In this document: positions 21,938 through 32,147 of the stretch, piece by piece | Layout of the letters: every line of letters starts with the position of its first letter | Numbering within the stretch: the stretch's first letter is position 1 | Origin: Escherichia phage FL12 | Sequence record: PP400786 | Direction: 5' to 3' (one strand) | DNA length: 64,000 nucleotides | Translations under genes and position numbers: made by a program | Notes under the pieces: model-generated | Databases searched by the model: none | What the model saw: the letters and a program-made list of their open reading frames with translations, nothing else | Told to the model about the DNA's origin: nothing

Positions 21938-24900
21938 ATGGCTACTTTAAAACAAATACAATTTAAAAGAAGCAAAACCGCAGGTGCACGTCCTGCTGCT
22001 TCAGTATTAGCCGAAGGTGAATTGGCTATAAACTTAAAAGATAGAACAATTTTTACTAAAGATGATTCAGGAAATATCATTGATCTAGGTATTGCTAAAG
22101 GCGGCCAGGTTGATGGTGATGTGACTATCAATGGTAAATTAACATTAAATGGCGCGTATGTTCAGACGCTGGCTGGTATTAATACCACGGGTGGTATTAA
22201 TTCTGGGGCCGCTATAAGTGCAACAACTTATTATGCTCGGTCTGGTTCTTTTTATGCTCGTGCTCCAGATGCCAATGCGAATACACATATTTGGTTTGAA
22301 AATAACAATGGTATAGAACGTGGTGTGATTTGGGCTGTTCCGAACACTTCAGACCTTGGCCAGGTCAAAATTCGTGCAAAAACTACAGGTGGTGTTTTTG
22401 CCGGCGAGTACAGTTTCCGCTCTGATGGCCAATTTGAGGTTCCTGTAGCAGTTAAAATCGGCGGGGCCGCGATGCTAACCAAAGACGGTAACATTACATC
22501 GGGTTCATTGTTTGGTGGTAATCTTAATAACTATTTGAATACCATTAAAAATGACATTGTTACTGGTGATAATAAGAAAGTGAGTAAAACCGGTGACACG
22601 ATGTCCGGTAACTTGACTATTAACGCTAACTTAAAAGTCGAAAACTCTAACGGAACGTTTGTTGATTTAGGTTCAGAGAACTCTGATAAGAATAGCAGAT
22701 TAACTCTTGCTCGTAAAATTGGCGATGGCGCTGGTGTAGCAATGCTTAAAGTTACTCCTGAAGGAAACGTGCAATTTGGTTATCAACCTACAGTTGCTAC
22801 TCCATCTCCTACCAAGTATATTCTAATTAAATCTAACGGTCTTGAAGTAGAAGGGGATTTAGTTTTTAAGCAAACTTACCGTGGTGTTGAAGAAGCAGTT
22901 GATATTACTAATCAGACTATTGACCTTAATAGCCTTATTATTAGAGGATCAGATTTAGGTACTCGTAAGCTGTATAAATGCAGATCATCTGGAGGTGGTT
23001 CTAATATATTGAACAAACCTACATCTGATGGCAACTTTACTCTTGAAGTTCTGTCTTTACGCAAGGTTTCTGATACCGATTGGTCATGTAAGCAGACCTT
23101 TACTACAAAGAACAATAATGTTGTAGGCGTATATGTTCGCTACGGGCAAGTCGGCTCATGGACTGAGTGGAAAGAGGTTGTTGCTGGTGTTCAACCAATT
23201 AATTTAGGTGGTACTGGAGCAACTTCTGTAGCTGCTGCCCGTAATAACCTTGGTGTTGGTGAAGGCCAAACTGTAACATTCGGTAATTTAGTTACCAACA
23301 ATTTAAATGCAAACGGACAAGTTAAAATCGGCAGGACCGGCGATGCATTAAGAATTTGGAATGCTGAATATGGTGCTATTTTCCGTCGCTCAGAAACAGC
23401 ATTACATATTATCCCGACTCCTAAAGACGCCGGTGAAAGCGGTGGAATAAGTAATCTTCGTCCATTAAGTATCGGCCTTAATAATGGTATGGTGCAAATG
23501 CGTCATTCTGTTGAGTTAGGCGATGATGGAGCTGGCGGTAATATGATTACTGTTGATAATGATAGTAAAAATGTTGTGATAACTTCTAATGCCAGATTAA
23601 GCCCTAATTTCCGCATGCAATTAGGGCAGGCGTCGTACATTGATGCCGAATGCACTACCTCTGTTCGCCCTGCTGGAGCTGGTTCATTTGCTTCACAGAA
23701 TAATGAAAACGTTCGTGCCCCGCTCTATATGAATATTGATAGGACTGATAATAGTACTTATGTTCCTATTTTAAAACAACGTTATGTTCAAGGAAATAGC
23801 TGTTATTCTTTAGGTACTTTAATAAATAACGGTGATTTTCGTTTACATTACCATGAAGGCGGCGACGGTTCTTCGACAGGTGCAGTTATAAAAGATATTT
23901 CCTGGGAATTTAAACGTAATGGTGATTTCTATTCTCCGGGGCGTTTGCGCACTGCAAACGTTTATATCGGAACTGATGGTAACATTACAGGTGGTTCTGG
24001 TAATTTTGCCAACTTAAATACCACGTTAAACCGTAAAGTTAATGTTGGCGGTTGGGCTGGTAGTTCTTATGGTGGATGGTACAAATTTGCTACGGTAACA
24101 ATTCCTCAAGGTACTGGTACAGTAACTTTTAAGATTTCTGGTGGTGCTGGTTTTAATTTTAAAAGATATAGCCAAGCTTCTATTGCTGAGATAGTTCTTC
24201 GCACAGGTAATAATAATCCTAAAGGCATAAACGCTGTACTATGGAACAGGTCAGACCTAAGTTTTAATCAGATAGCTACTATGAATACATCTGGTGATAC
24301 TTATGATGTATACGTGTTCTGTGACGGTTATACAAATGCATTAGTGGTTGAATATTCTTGTAGTGAAAACTCTTCGGTAACTGTAGTCGGTCTTAACGGA
24401 GGCATTCAACCGGCTGTTGATGCATTGCCTGAGGGACATGTTGTAGGTAAAACAGTTCGTCTGTTAAATAATATTGGCGGAACTTTCGCAGCCGGCGAAT
24501 CTGACATTGTTACTCGTGGTGAATACGTTACTGATAATCAAAAAGGCATGCGTATTAAATCTAACGGTAATAATATCGGTTCTAATGCTGCTATACTTCG
24601 AAATGACGGCAGAAGTTTTTATATTTTAGCTACAGATAAAAATACAGCAGAAAAATCCGATGCAGCTAATGGTGATTGGAACTCATTGCGTCCTTTTACA
24701 ATAAGCATGACTACCGGTGAAGTATCAATGAATAACGGCATAACTGTTCGTAACTATGCCACATTCTATAATGATATTGTTCTCAAAGATAATGGTTATA
24801 TTCACTTTAATAAGTCTGGCAATAATCCAAGAAACATGAGTATATTCCATGCCGGAGATGCCACACGTGGTAACCGTATTGAAATTGCTGATGATTCAAG

Positions 24901-25477
24901 TTATTTAGTTTATTTTCAACGTTTACCGGGCGGCGCTAACCAGTGTACATTTAACTCTGCTGCTCTTTCTGGTATAACGCAGACTAACTCTTTTGGTGTC
25001 AATACATCAAACGCACTTGGTGGAAATAGTATAACGTTTGGTGATAATGACACTGGTATTAAGCAAAATGGTGATGGATTATTAGACATATATACGAACA
25101 GCGTACAAGTGTTCCGTTTCCAAAACGGTGATTTGTACTCATACAAAAATATAAATGCTCCAAACGTTTATATTCGTTCTGATATTCGTTTAAAATCCAA
25201 CTTTAAACCTATCGAAAATGCACTCGATAAAGTTGAAAAACTTAACGGTGTCATTTACGATAAAGCTGAATACATCGGTGGAGAGGCAATTGAAACTGAA
25301 GCGGGTATTGTGGCTCAAACGTTACAAGACGTTTTACCAGAAGCTGTCCGTGAAACAGAAGACAGTAAGGGTAATAAAATACTCACTGTTTCTTCTCAAG
25401 CCCAGATTGCTCTTCTGGTTGAAGCTGTGAAAACACTTTCTTCTCGTGTAAAAGAACTTGAATCTAAACTTATGTAA
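21938..25477 (+). CDS. 37: long tail fibre distal subunit with C-terminal intramolecular chaperone domain
   Basis: MATLKQIQFKRSK...; conserved ...RIWNAEYGAIFRRSE... and ...RMQLGQASYIDAECT...; C-terminus ...SDIRLKSNFKPIENALDKVEKLNGVIYDKAEY... Confidence 0.85.
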   Translation: MATLKQIQFKRSKTAGARPAASVLAEGELAINLKDRTIFTKDDSGNIIDLGIAKGGQVDGDVTINGKLTLNGAYVQTLAGINTTGGINSGAAISATTYYARSGSFYARAPDANANTHIWFENNNGIERGVIWAVPNTSDLGQVKIRAKTTGGVFAGEYSFRSDGQFEVPVAVKIGGAAMLTKDGNITSGSLFGGNLNNYLNTIKNDIVTGDNKKVSKTGDTMSGNLTINANLKVENSNGTFVDLGSENSDKNSRLTLARKIGDGAGVAMLKVTPEGNVQFGYQPTVATPSPTKYILIKSNGLEVEGDLVFKQTYRGVEEAVDITNQTIDLNSLIIRGSDLGTRKLYKCRSSGGGSNILNKPTSDGNFTLEVLSLRKVSDTDWSCKQTFTTKNNNVVGVYVRYGQVGSWTEWKEVVAGVQPINLGGTGATSVAAARNNLGVGEGQTVTFGNLVTNNLNANGQVKIGRTGDALRIWNAEYGAIFRRSETALHIIPTPKDAGESGGISNLRPLSIGLNNGMVQMRHSVELGDDGAGGNMITVDNDSKNVVITSNARLSPNFRMQLGQASYIDAECTTSVRPAGAGSFASQNNENVRAPLYMNIDRTDNSTYVPILKQRYVQGNSCYSLGTLINNGDFRLHYHEGGDGSSTGAVIKDISWEFKRNGDFYSPGRLRTANVYIGTDGNITGGSGNFANLNTTLNRKVNVGGWAGSSYGGWYKFATVTIPQGTGTVTFKISGGAGFNFKRYSQASIAEIVLRTGNNNPKGINAVLWNRSDLSFNQIATMNTSGDTYDVYVFCDGYTNALVVEYSCSENSSVTVVGLNGGIQPAVDALPEGHVVGKTVRLLNNIGGTFAAGESDIVTRGEYVTDNQKGMRIKSNGNNIGSNAAILRNDGRSFYILATDKNTAEKSDAANGDWNSLRPFTISMTTGEVSMNNGITVRNYATFYNDIVLKDNGYIHFNKSGNNPRNMSIFHAGDATRGNRIEIADDSSYLVYFQRLPGGANQCTFNSAALSGITQTNSFGVNTSNALGGNSITFGDNDTGIKQNGDGLLDIYTNSVQVFRFQNGDLYSYKNINAPNVYIRSDIRLKSNFKPIENALDKVEKLNGVIYDKAEYIGGEAIETEAGIVAQTLQDVLPEAVRETEDSKGNKILTVSSQAQIALLVEAVKTLSSRVKELESKLM

Positions 25478-25479
25478 AA

Positions 25480-25495
25480 GAGGGCTTCGGCCCTC
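25480..25495 (+). other. RNA hairpin between genes 37 and 38
   Basis: GAGGGC-UUCG-GCCCUC; weak U-tract, so more likely a structure element than a strong terminator. Confidence 0.35.
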
Positions 25496-25507
25496 TAAGG
25501 ATTTTTA

Positions 25508-26287
25508 ATGGCAATTGTAGGTGTTCCTGGCTGGATTGGCGAATCTGCCGTGAATGAAACCGGACAACGTTGGATGGATGCTGCGATGAGAGCTGTTCGT
25601 GTTTCAGTTCCCGGTTGGATGAGCTCAATGGCTGGACAATCTAAAGAAATTATTCACACGCTTGGAGCAGACCATAACTTCAATGGTCAATGGTTCCGAG
25701 ATAGATGTTTTGAGGCAGGTAGTACACCTATAGTGTTTAATATTACAGGTGATTTAGTATCATATTCTAAAGATGTTCCTTTATTCTTCATGTATGGAGA
25801 TACACCGAATGAATATGTTCAGTTGAATATACACGGCGTAACGATGTATGGACGTGGCGGTAATGGCGGTAGCAATAGTCCTGGCTCAGCTGGAGGTCAT
25901 TGTATTCAAAACGATATTGGTGGGAGACTAAGAATTAATAATGGTGGAGCTATTGCAGGCGGCGGCGGCGGCGGCGGCGGCGGTAACAGGGGTAGACTAG
26001 TATTTGGTGGCGGCGGTGGTCGTCCATTTGGTGCTGGTGGGTCTTCCTCTCATATGAGTGCTGGTGCAACCGCTGGCACCATTTACGCTCCGGGTGCAGG
26101 ATCTGTCGGTGAGGGGTCTCTTAGTGCATATACAGGCGGGTCTGGTGGTGAAGTTGGCTCCGCAGGAGGTAGATGTAATACTCACGGTGCCGGTACAGAA
26201 TATAACGGCGGTGCTGCCGGTTATGCCGTCATAGGATCTACACCGACATGGCAAAACGTTGGAGCAATATATGGTCCAAGAGTATAA
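25508..26287 (+). CDS. 38: T2-type receptor-recognising adhesin with glycine-rich motifs
   Basis: [23 protein letters not shown]... N-terminus; poly-Gly segments [28 protein letters not shown]. Confidence 0.85.
   Translation: MAIVGVPGWIGESAVNETGQRWMDAAMRAVRVSVPGWMSSMAGQSKEIIHTLGADHNFNGQWFRDRCFEAGSTPIVFNITGDLVSYSKDVPLFFMYGDTPNEYVQLNIHGVTMYGRGGNGGSNSPGSAGGHCIQNDIGGRLRINNGGAIAGGGGGGGGGNRGRLVFGGGGGRPFGAGGSSSHMSAGATAGTIYAPGAGSVGEGSLSAYTGGSGGEVGSAGGRCNTHGAGTEYNGGAAGYAVIGSTPTWQNVGAIYGPRV
25958..25984 (+). repeat. (GGC)8-GGT trinucleotide tract encoding Gly9 within gene 38
   Basis: Read directly: ggcggcggcggcggcggcggcggcggt. Confidence 0.9.
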
Positions 26288-26317
26288 TTTGAATAAATAT
26301 CCTTAAAAGGAGGGTCT

Positions 26318-26974
26318 ATGGCAGCACCTAGAATATCATTTTCGCCCTCTGATATTCTATTTGGTGTTCTAGATCGCTTGTTCAAAGATAACGCTACCGG
26401 GAAGGTTCTTGCTTCCCGAGTAGCTGTCGTAATTCTTTTGTTTATAATGGCGATTGTTTGGTATAGGGGAGATAGTTTCTTTGAGTACTATAAGCAATCA
26501 AAGTATGAAACATACAGTGAAATTATTGAAAAGGAAAGAAATGCACGCTTTGAATCTGTCGCCCTGGAACAACTCCAGATAGTTCATATATCATCTGAGG
26601 CAGACTTTAGTGCGGTGTATTCTTTCCGCCCTAAAAACTTAAACTATTTTGTTGATATTATAGCATACGAAGGAAAATTACCTTCGACAATAAGTGAAAA
26701 ATCACTTGGAGGATATCCTGTTGATAAAACTATGGATGAATATACAGTTCATTTAAATGGACGTCATTATTATTCCAACTCAAAATTTGCTTTTTTACCA
26801 ACTAAAAAGCCTACTCCCGAAATAAACTACATGTACAGTTGTCCATATTTTAATTTGGATAATATCTATGCTGGAACAATAACAATGTACTGGTATAGAA
26901 ATGATCATATAAGTAATGACCGCCTTGAATCAATATGTGCTCAGGCGGCCAGAATATTAGGAAGGGCTAAATAA
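26318..26974 (+). CDS. t: holin
   Basis: 218-aa ORF MAAPRISFSPSDILFGVLDRLFKDN... with one TM segment. Confidence 0.9.
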   Translation: MAAPRISFSPSDILFGVLDRLFKDNATGKVLASRVAVVILLFIMAIVWYRGDSFFEYYKQSKYETYSEIIEKERNARFESVALEQLQIVHISSEADFSAVYSFRPKNLNYFVDIIAYEGKLPSTISEKSLGGYPVDKTMDEYTVHLNGRHYYSNSKFAFLPTKKPTPEINYMYSCPYFNLDNIYAGTITMYWYRNDHISNDRLESICAQAARILGRAK

Positions 26975-27247
26975 TTATTTGTTCGTATACATCTCTAGAT
27001 ATCGATATACACCCTCAAAACCCTCGTTGAATTCGTCGATGAGGGTTTTCTTATCTTTTTGAGTTAATTCAGAAACAATTTTACGGAATGAATTCTGATT
27101 TAATTTTCTACCTTCATGCGTTACTCCAATCTCATTCAGAAATGCAATAAAATTAGCACGATTTTCAACAATATCTTCTCTGGAAAATTTAATCAAAATA
27201 GACGCAACAGTAATAATTTCACGAACTGTATCAATATTTTTATTCAT
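26975..27247 (-). CDS. asiA: anti-sigma70 factor
   Basis: 90-aa ORF MNKNIDTVREIITVASILIKFSREDIVENRANFIAFLNEIGV... Confidence 0.9.
   Translation of the reverse strand: MNKNIDTVREIITVASILIKFSREDIVENRANFIAFLNEIGVTHEGRKLNQNSFRKIVSELTQKDKKTLIDEFNEGFEGVYRYLEMYTNK
27019..27055 (+). terminator. candidate terminator for plus-strand late transcripts, inside asiA coding region
   Basis: Imperfect hairpin CCCUC...GAGGG followed by a U-rich run. Confidence 0.3.
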
Positions 27248-27276
27248 TAACTATACCACTCAATTAGTTGACTTTG

Positions 27277-27307
27277 TTATAATATCATCAGACGCTTGAT
27301 TTGTAAA
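27277..27307 (-). promoter_or_regulatory. early promoter upstream of asiA
   Basis: Minus strand GTTTACA, 16-17 nt, TATTATAA. Confidence 0.4.
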
Positions 27308-27408
27308 CTGGTCTGTGTTATTTTCTTCAAAAATTTTTTCTACGAATTCTTTGAACGACTCACGTTCCTGAGCTACATTATGCTCGATTACCTTTTCAAG
27401 ATTATGAC

Positions 27409-27687
27409 TCATTCAAAATAATCTTCAATTTCGTAATCATGGACATAAATCATTATAGTTTTTAATACATCATCAATACTTTTTCCTGGAGCTGGAATTA
27501 CGTAAAAATATCCTGCTTTTGAGAGGTCTTTATAAGTTCCAACCAAGAAATCATTATTCTCGAGATGTAGTTCTTCAACTAATTCATTAACAATTGAGTG
27601 GTATAAATTTGGTAGAAACTTATATAGCTTTTCTAGAATATCAATTTTGATTGTGTATTGAACCACAGATTGAGAATCAATAATCAT
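27409..27687 (-). CDS. arn: Arn, inhibitor of McrBC restriction
   Basis: 92-aa acidic ORF; T4 arn-like sequence and position. Confidence 0.8.
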   Translation of the reverse strand: MIIDSQSVVQYTIKIDILEKLYKFLPNLYHSIVNELVEELHLENNDFLVGTYKDLSKAGYFYVIPAPGKSIDDVLKTIMIYVHDYEIEDYFE

Positions 27688-27770
27688 AGACCTTCCCCTT
27701 ATGTTTCTGTTTGCGATTAGATTCTTTAAACGCTTTCTTCTTATCCTTATGGACAGAAGCTTTATTAAAA

Positions 27771-27989
27771 TTATGTTTTGCGACTAAATTGTTCATAGTG
27801 CTGAATTACCTCTCTCAAACATTTGCATGTGAATGAAAACTTTTTAGCTACACCACATTCAAATATATGTTCTCTTAAATCACGTGTATCAGTATATCCC
27901 ATCTCAACGATAAAATGCCGTATTAGATTTTTATCTTTATCATTGAGAGAATTAAAATAATCGGATTTTGAATTAATTTCCCTGGCCAA
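27771..27989 (-). CDS. hypothetical protein
   Basis: 72-aa ORF with Cys pair (CGVAKKFSFTCKC). Confidence 0.45.
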   Translation of the reverse strand: MAREINSKSDYFNSLNDKDKNLIRHFIVEMGYTDTRDLREHIFECGVAKKFSFTCKCLREVIQHYEQFSRKT

Positions 27990-28269
27990 ATTGAATCACC
28001 TTCAGTTGACGTTTTAGCTCTTTTATCATCTCTTCGTTCATCGCAATATAAAGATCGCGTAAAGCAGGTTTTAGCATTCCATTTACTGGAGAACTAAATG
28101 GACATACATAATCTTTTCCTACGAGCTTTTTAGTGAATTCCATATCACAGAACTGAAATGCCGGTTCATTAGCATAAATTCCCCAATTAGTTGACATCAT
28201 TTTATTGGCATATTCTAGTGCCTGGATTTGATTCATAATTCCATCAATTTGAAACTTTTTAATATTCAT
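27973..28269 (-). CDS. hypothetical protein
   Basis: 98-aa ORF. Confidence 0.5.
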   Translation of the reverse strand: MNIKKFQIDGIMNQIQALEYANKMMSTNWGIYANEPAFQFCDMEFTKKLVGKDYVCPFSSPVNGMLKPALRDLYIAMNEEMIKELKRQLKVIQFGQGN

Positions 28270-28730
28270 TAGTAAAGGTCCTCAGAGTAAAGTTCTTTTT
28301 CACTACCACCACGTTCAATACGTACTTGTCCAGCGTAAGTTGCAATAATCATTGCTTCTTCACGTGTCCAATAATTACTATATTGGTCAATAAACCCTTG
28401 GTCATCATCACAAACTTGTTGAGTAACTAATTGAGGTTTAACTACATCTAAAACTTCTGCCATATCTTTAGAATAATGACGAGCACCTGGAATAACAAGA
28501 GTTCGTCCATCTTTTAATTTAAAACGGTTGGCTGCGCAAACAATTCGTCGTTGATACTTTTGGTTTTCATCCCAGTATGCAGACTGCCAACAGATTTCAG
28601 GAACTTCATCTAAAACATTTTGTTCTGTGTATTCACCACTGTAAGAAGCTAATTTAGCCGCCAAACTTTCTGGAGTCTCACGTGACAAAGCTTTATCTAA
28701 CAGAGCTAAACGTTCTTTAAAAGTTTTCAT
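28269..28730 (-). CDS. hypothetical protein
   Basis: 153-aa ORF, stop/start coupled. Confidence 0.5.
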   Translation of the reverse strand: MKTFKERLALLDKALSRETPESLAAKLASYSGEYTEQNVLDEVPEICWQSAYWDENQKYQRRIVCAANRFKLKDGRTLVIPGARHYSKDMAEVLDVVKPQLVTQQVCDDDQGFIDQYSNYWTREEAMIIATYAGQVRIERGGSEKELYSEDLY

Positions 28731-29056
28731 TTAAACCATCCTTTAATACGCCGCCACAAAGTTTTCTGTTGAGCTTTGTTAACACCAATTGAGCGAATAA
28801 CTGGTTGAGATTCCTGGAATTCTTTATAATCAGCAAGGTAAATTTCGTAAGCTGAATCCGTAAAGGAACTTATCGCTGCCATAAAATTATTGCGAATACC
28901 TACTGGAGCATCTTTACTTTCACGAATAATCATGTATTTACCAGTCTTAATCTTTACGATAGTTCCAAGATAAGCTCCGTGGTACCAAATATCCCAACCC
29001 TCTTGAGTAGGTTCTGCGCAACGACGGAGTTCATTAACAATTTCTAACTTGTTCAT
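28727..29056 (-). CDS. hypothetical protein
   Basis: 109-aa ORF. Confidence 0.5.
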   Translation of the reverse strand: MNKLEIVNELRRCAEPTQEGWDIWYHGAYLGTIVKIKTGKYMIIRESKDAPVGIRNNFMAAISSFTDSAYEIYLADYKEFQESQPVIRSIGVNKAQQKTLWRRIKGWFK

Positions 29057-29066
29057 TATTTATTCC

Positions 29067-29702
29067 TCACAGTTCAGATGCTACAGTGATTACGGCTTCA
29101 ATGTTTTCTGCCGAGCGTTTAATGTCAAGATACACATTACCGTTTTTAGCGATTTTACATGACATTCCGATGTCAGTAAATTTCTGAATATGATGTTCCA
29201 TCATTTTGTATCCAAAAATTCGCATATTTCCATTGTTGTTAATTTCAAAATTACGAATTCCGTTAGTGCGTTTTTCTAAAATAGCAAGATAATTACTACG
29301 ATAAATTTCAACCTTTTTAAGAACAAATCCATTTTTATCTAAAAGTTTTAACACGAAGTCTTTATCTTCTTCCATATCGGAAGTAATCTCGCGAGCTTTA
29401 CGAGTTGCTCGTTTTTTCAGTAGTTCCGGAGCATTTTCCTGTGCGTATAAAGTAGCTGCATTTGAAATAATATCCTGGGCTTCACCTGTAATGATTAATC
29501 CATCACCAGATTTCTCCACCAGGCCTTTTTTGATCAATACCCCAATATTACTATTAACTACTGCGTTACCTAAATCTGGATGCACCTCACGAACTTCTGC
29601 AGCTGTAATGAAATCTTTCTTAGCAATGGTAATTAAAATCACAGCAGTTTTTTCATTCAGAACATCGTTAGAAGCTTTGATGATGTAAGTTACTTTAGAC
29701 AT
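29067..29702 (-). CDS. motA: middle-transcription activator MotA
   Basis: 211-aa ORF MSKVTYIIKASNDVLNEKTAVILITIAKKDF... Confidence 0.9.
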   Translation of the reverse strand: MSKVTYIIKASNDVLNEKTAVILITIAKKDFITAAEVREVHPDLGNAVVNSNIGVLIKKGLVEKSGDGLIITGEAQDIISNAATLYAQENAPELLKKRATRKAREITSDMEEDKDFVLKLLDKNGFVLKKVEIYRSNYLAILEKRTNGIRNFEINNNGNMRIFGYKMMEHHIQKFTDIGMSCKIAKNGNVYLDIKRSAENIEAVITVASEL

Positions 29703-29741
29703 TTTCTAATCTCCGTAATTCTGTATCAGTAGTTGATAGTT

Positions 29742-29773
29742 GTATAGTACCACAGTATGCTTTGGTTGTAAAC
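29742..29773 (-). promoter_or_regulatory. early promoter upstream of motA
   Basis: Minus strand GTTTACA, 17 nt, TACTATAC; part of repeated cassette. Confidence 0.5.
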
Positions 29774-29805
29774 CGTTTTGTGAAAAAAATTTTTGAAATA
29801 AAAAA

Positions 29806-29825
29806 GGGAGAGCCGAGGCTCTCCC
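29806..29825 (-). terminator. intrinsic terminator
   Basis: Hairpin GGGAGAGCC-UCGG-CUCUCCC followed on the minus strand by U6. Confidence 0.55.
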
Positions 29826-29830
29826 TAAAA

Positions 29831-29980
29831 TTACTGCATGACAGTTATCACAGTCATGATAACACGTTGAATTCCGAACGCAAGAAGACCTCCTGCTATG
29901 GCTGGAACAACGCCTAAACCCGCCAGTAAAATGCTACCAGATACTAATGCAGCGCTTGTAATACCTATGAATGGACTCAT
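29831..29980 (-). CDS. small hydrophobic membrane protein (49 aa)
   Basis: MSPFIGITSAALVSGSILLAGLGVVPAIAGGLLAFGIQRVIMTVITVMQ; ATGA overlap with gene 52 stop; below track cutoff. Confidence 0.45.
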   Translation of the reverse strand: MSPFIGITSAALVSGSILLAGLGVVPAIAGGLLAFGIQRVIMTVITVMQ

Positions 29981-31305
29981 TTGATTTCCTCTAAATCTTT
30001 AGTGTATTCTGTAACTACATCAGTAGTTTTCCAATATTCGTTTTCTTCTTTTTTAGCTTTAGCTTCTTCAGCAAGTTTCTTTGCTTCGTCGGAAGTCATA
30101 TGAAAAATATTCATACCAACTAGTTTATCAACATAAGAAGAATACATATCGATTTTCGAAAGTTCTTCGGTCAGTTCTTTACGAGTTTTACCCTGCACAA
30201 CGATTTCACCTGAAATTACTTTCTTAATGAAATGCGCCTTGGCAAAGGCTAAACGAAAAGCTGATTCAGTTTCTTTAATTTTGTTATCAATTCGTTTTTG
30301 AACATAAGTTTTACGAACTTCAACAAAGTCTTTAATTAAATCAACTACGTTATCGTAAACTTGTAGTTTTCCTTTCTCATTAATAACCGTAATATTCTGA
30401 GAACGACGCTCAATCAACCCGAAGTCTTTCATGATTTTTGCATGGCGTTCTTCTTCATTATCACTCAAAGAGTATTCTTTGCGGAATTTAATTTTAAAGC
30501 CAAAACCATGCTCACCACAAGCATCATCCCATGTAATGAAGCCTTTATCTTCAAGCGGGTCTAAGATTTTACTCACATAAGTTTCACGATCATACTTATA
30601 TGGAATCTCAGTGATATGCATTTGAGTTCGTGAAGTAAACTTATATGTTCCACGAATTTCATACTGCCCATCAATTTCAACGACTTCACCACGAAATTCT
30701 GGGAATTCTACCTTCGGTTTAGTTACTTTCTTTCCTTGAAGAGCTTGTAATACAGCTTTCTTAACAGAAGAAACACTATGAGGAAGAATGTAAGTTGCAT
30801 AACCAGTTGCAATACCGGAAACGCCATTAAGAAGAACAGTAGGAATAACAGGCAAATAGAAAGCAGGCGGAATGTGTTCTTTATCTTGATGTACCGGAGC
30901 ATATTCAGTATCTTTATATACGTTATAGAAATTTTTACTTACACGAGCAAAAATATAACGACTTGCTGCTGCTTTTTGAACGGTACGAGAACCAAAGTTT
31001 CCTTGACCATCTAACAGAGGAAAGTTATTATTCCAAGTGTTAGCCATCAAAGCACCTGCGTCTTGCGCAGAGTTTTCACCGTGATGATATCCAAGGTCCG
31101 CTACACCACCTGCAATAGAAGCGAGTTTGTGAAACTTATCTTTATTTCCCCGTGCCAAATCAAGAGCTCGAGCAATAACAAATCGTTGAACTGGCTTAAA
31201 TCCATCAATCATATTTGGGATAGCACGATTTTCAACCGTGTACATAGCATAAGCCAATGCTTCATTATCAATGATACTTTTTAAATCGCGATTATTCAGT
31301 TGCAT
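29977..31305 (-). CDS. 52: DNA topoisomerase II medium subunit (GyrA-like)
   Basis: 442-aa ORF with ...FKPVQRFVI... and ...ASRYIFARV... (active-site Tyr region). Confidence 0.9.
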   Translation of the reverse strand: MQLNNRDLKSIIDNEALAYAMYTVENRAIPNMIDGFKPVQRFVIARALDLARGNKDKFHKLASIAGGVADLGYHHGENSAQDAGALMANTWNNNFPLLDGQGNFGSRTVQKAAASRYIFARVSKNFYNVYKDTEYAPVHQDKEHIPPAFYLPVIPTVLLNGVSGIATGYATYILPHSVSSVKKAVLQALQGKKVTKPKVEFPEFRGEVVEIDGQYEIRGTYKFTSRTQMHITEIPYKYDRETYVSKILDPLEDKGFITWDDACGEHGFGFKIKFRKEYSLSDNEEERHAKIMKDFGLIERRSQNITVINEKGKLQVYDNVVDLIKDFVEVRKTYVQKRIDNKIKETESAFRLAFAKAHFIKKVISGEIVVQGKTRKELTEELSKIDMYSSYVDKLVGMNIFHMTSDEAKKLAEEAKAKKEENEYWKTTDVVTEYTKDLEEIK

Positions 31306-31309
31306 AAAT

Positions 31310-31450
31310 TTACCATACTAGTGAATGTAGTGCCATAATAACATCAGAAATGAAAAGCACGACTTGAATTAATCCGAACATTACTCCATAATATAGTGCT
31401 ACCAATAAAGTAGCAAGGGCTAATGAATAGCCCAAGATTTTCTTAATCAT
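31310..31450 (-). CDS. small hydrophobic protein (about 47 aa)
   Basis: MIKKILGYSLALATLLVALYYGVMFGLIQVVLF...; between stp and 52, the position of T4 ac. Confidence 0.35.
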   Translation of the reverse strand: MIKKILGYSLALATLLVALYYGVMFGLIQVVLFISDVIMALHSLVW

Positions 31451-31601
31451 TGGTAGATAACAACACAAATGTTAAATATGCACACATACCCTGGGCTAAA
31501 GCTTGTGAAAACACACTGCTAGCATCGATACAGATAGTTAAAACACATGCTACTATCCAACAAATAAATGAAATAACTCCTAATAGTTTTGCAATATTCA
31601 T
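31443..31601 (-). CDS. small hydrophobic protein (about 52 aa)
   Basis: MNIAKLLGVISFICWIVACVLTICIDASSVF...; GAGGA Shine-Dalgarno before ATG. Confidence 0.35.
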   Translation of the reverse strand: MNIAKLLGVISFICWIVACVLTICIDASSVFSQALAQGMCAYLTFVLLSTND

Positions 31602-31608
31602 ATTTTCC

Positions 31609-31689
31609 TCACTGGCGTCCGAAGACGCCTTTAGTTTTAAGATTATTACGATAGAACTGCATCACATGTTCGTTGTGGAAATTACTCAT
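31609..31689 (-). CDS. stp: Stp peptide, activator of the host PrrC anticodon nuclease
   Basis: 26-codon [29 protein letters not shown]; start overlaps ndd stop (TAATG). Confidence 0.8.
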
Positions 31690-32147
31690 TAATATGCCTG
31701 CAAAACGAATTTAAAATTATCAGCCAACATACGGTTCATTTCTTCAAGTGTTTGATACTCAGAATGATGATTACGAGTAAACGCTAAAGCTAACTGTCCT
31801 TTTCCAAATCCCGTCGTCAGAGGTTTCATCTTAGAAGCAGGCAGATAAAATACTGTGTATGGAACATTGTTATTTGCAATAGTACGTGCAAGCTGAGACC
31901 GACGTTGACGAATATGACTTAAAACCGCACTGAATCCTTGCTTAGAACGCTGATTACCTACATAAAATCGTGCAGACACGCACGGATTACTAAATGGACG
32001 ACCATCTAATTTACACACTAAAAAGTAAAATCCAGGTTTAGATAAAATATCTTTATGCGGAGTTCCCAAAAACCATTCACCGTTCTTGATTGTACCAATA
32101 ACGGTAGCGCCTGCGTTGTTCAGATCAGTAACAGTCATATATTTCAT
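31689..32147 (-). CDS. ndd: nucleoid disruption protein
   Basis: About 151 aa from [18 protein letters not shown]...; internal Met of track ORF 31689..32195. Confidence 0.85.
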
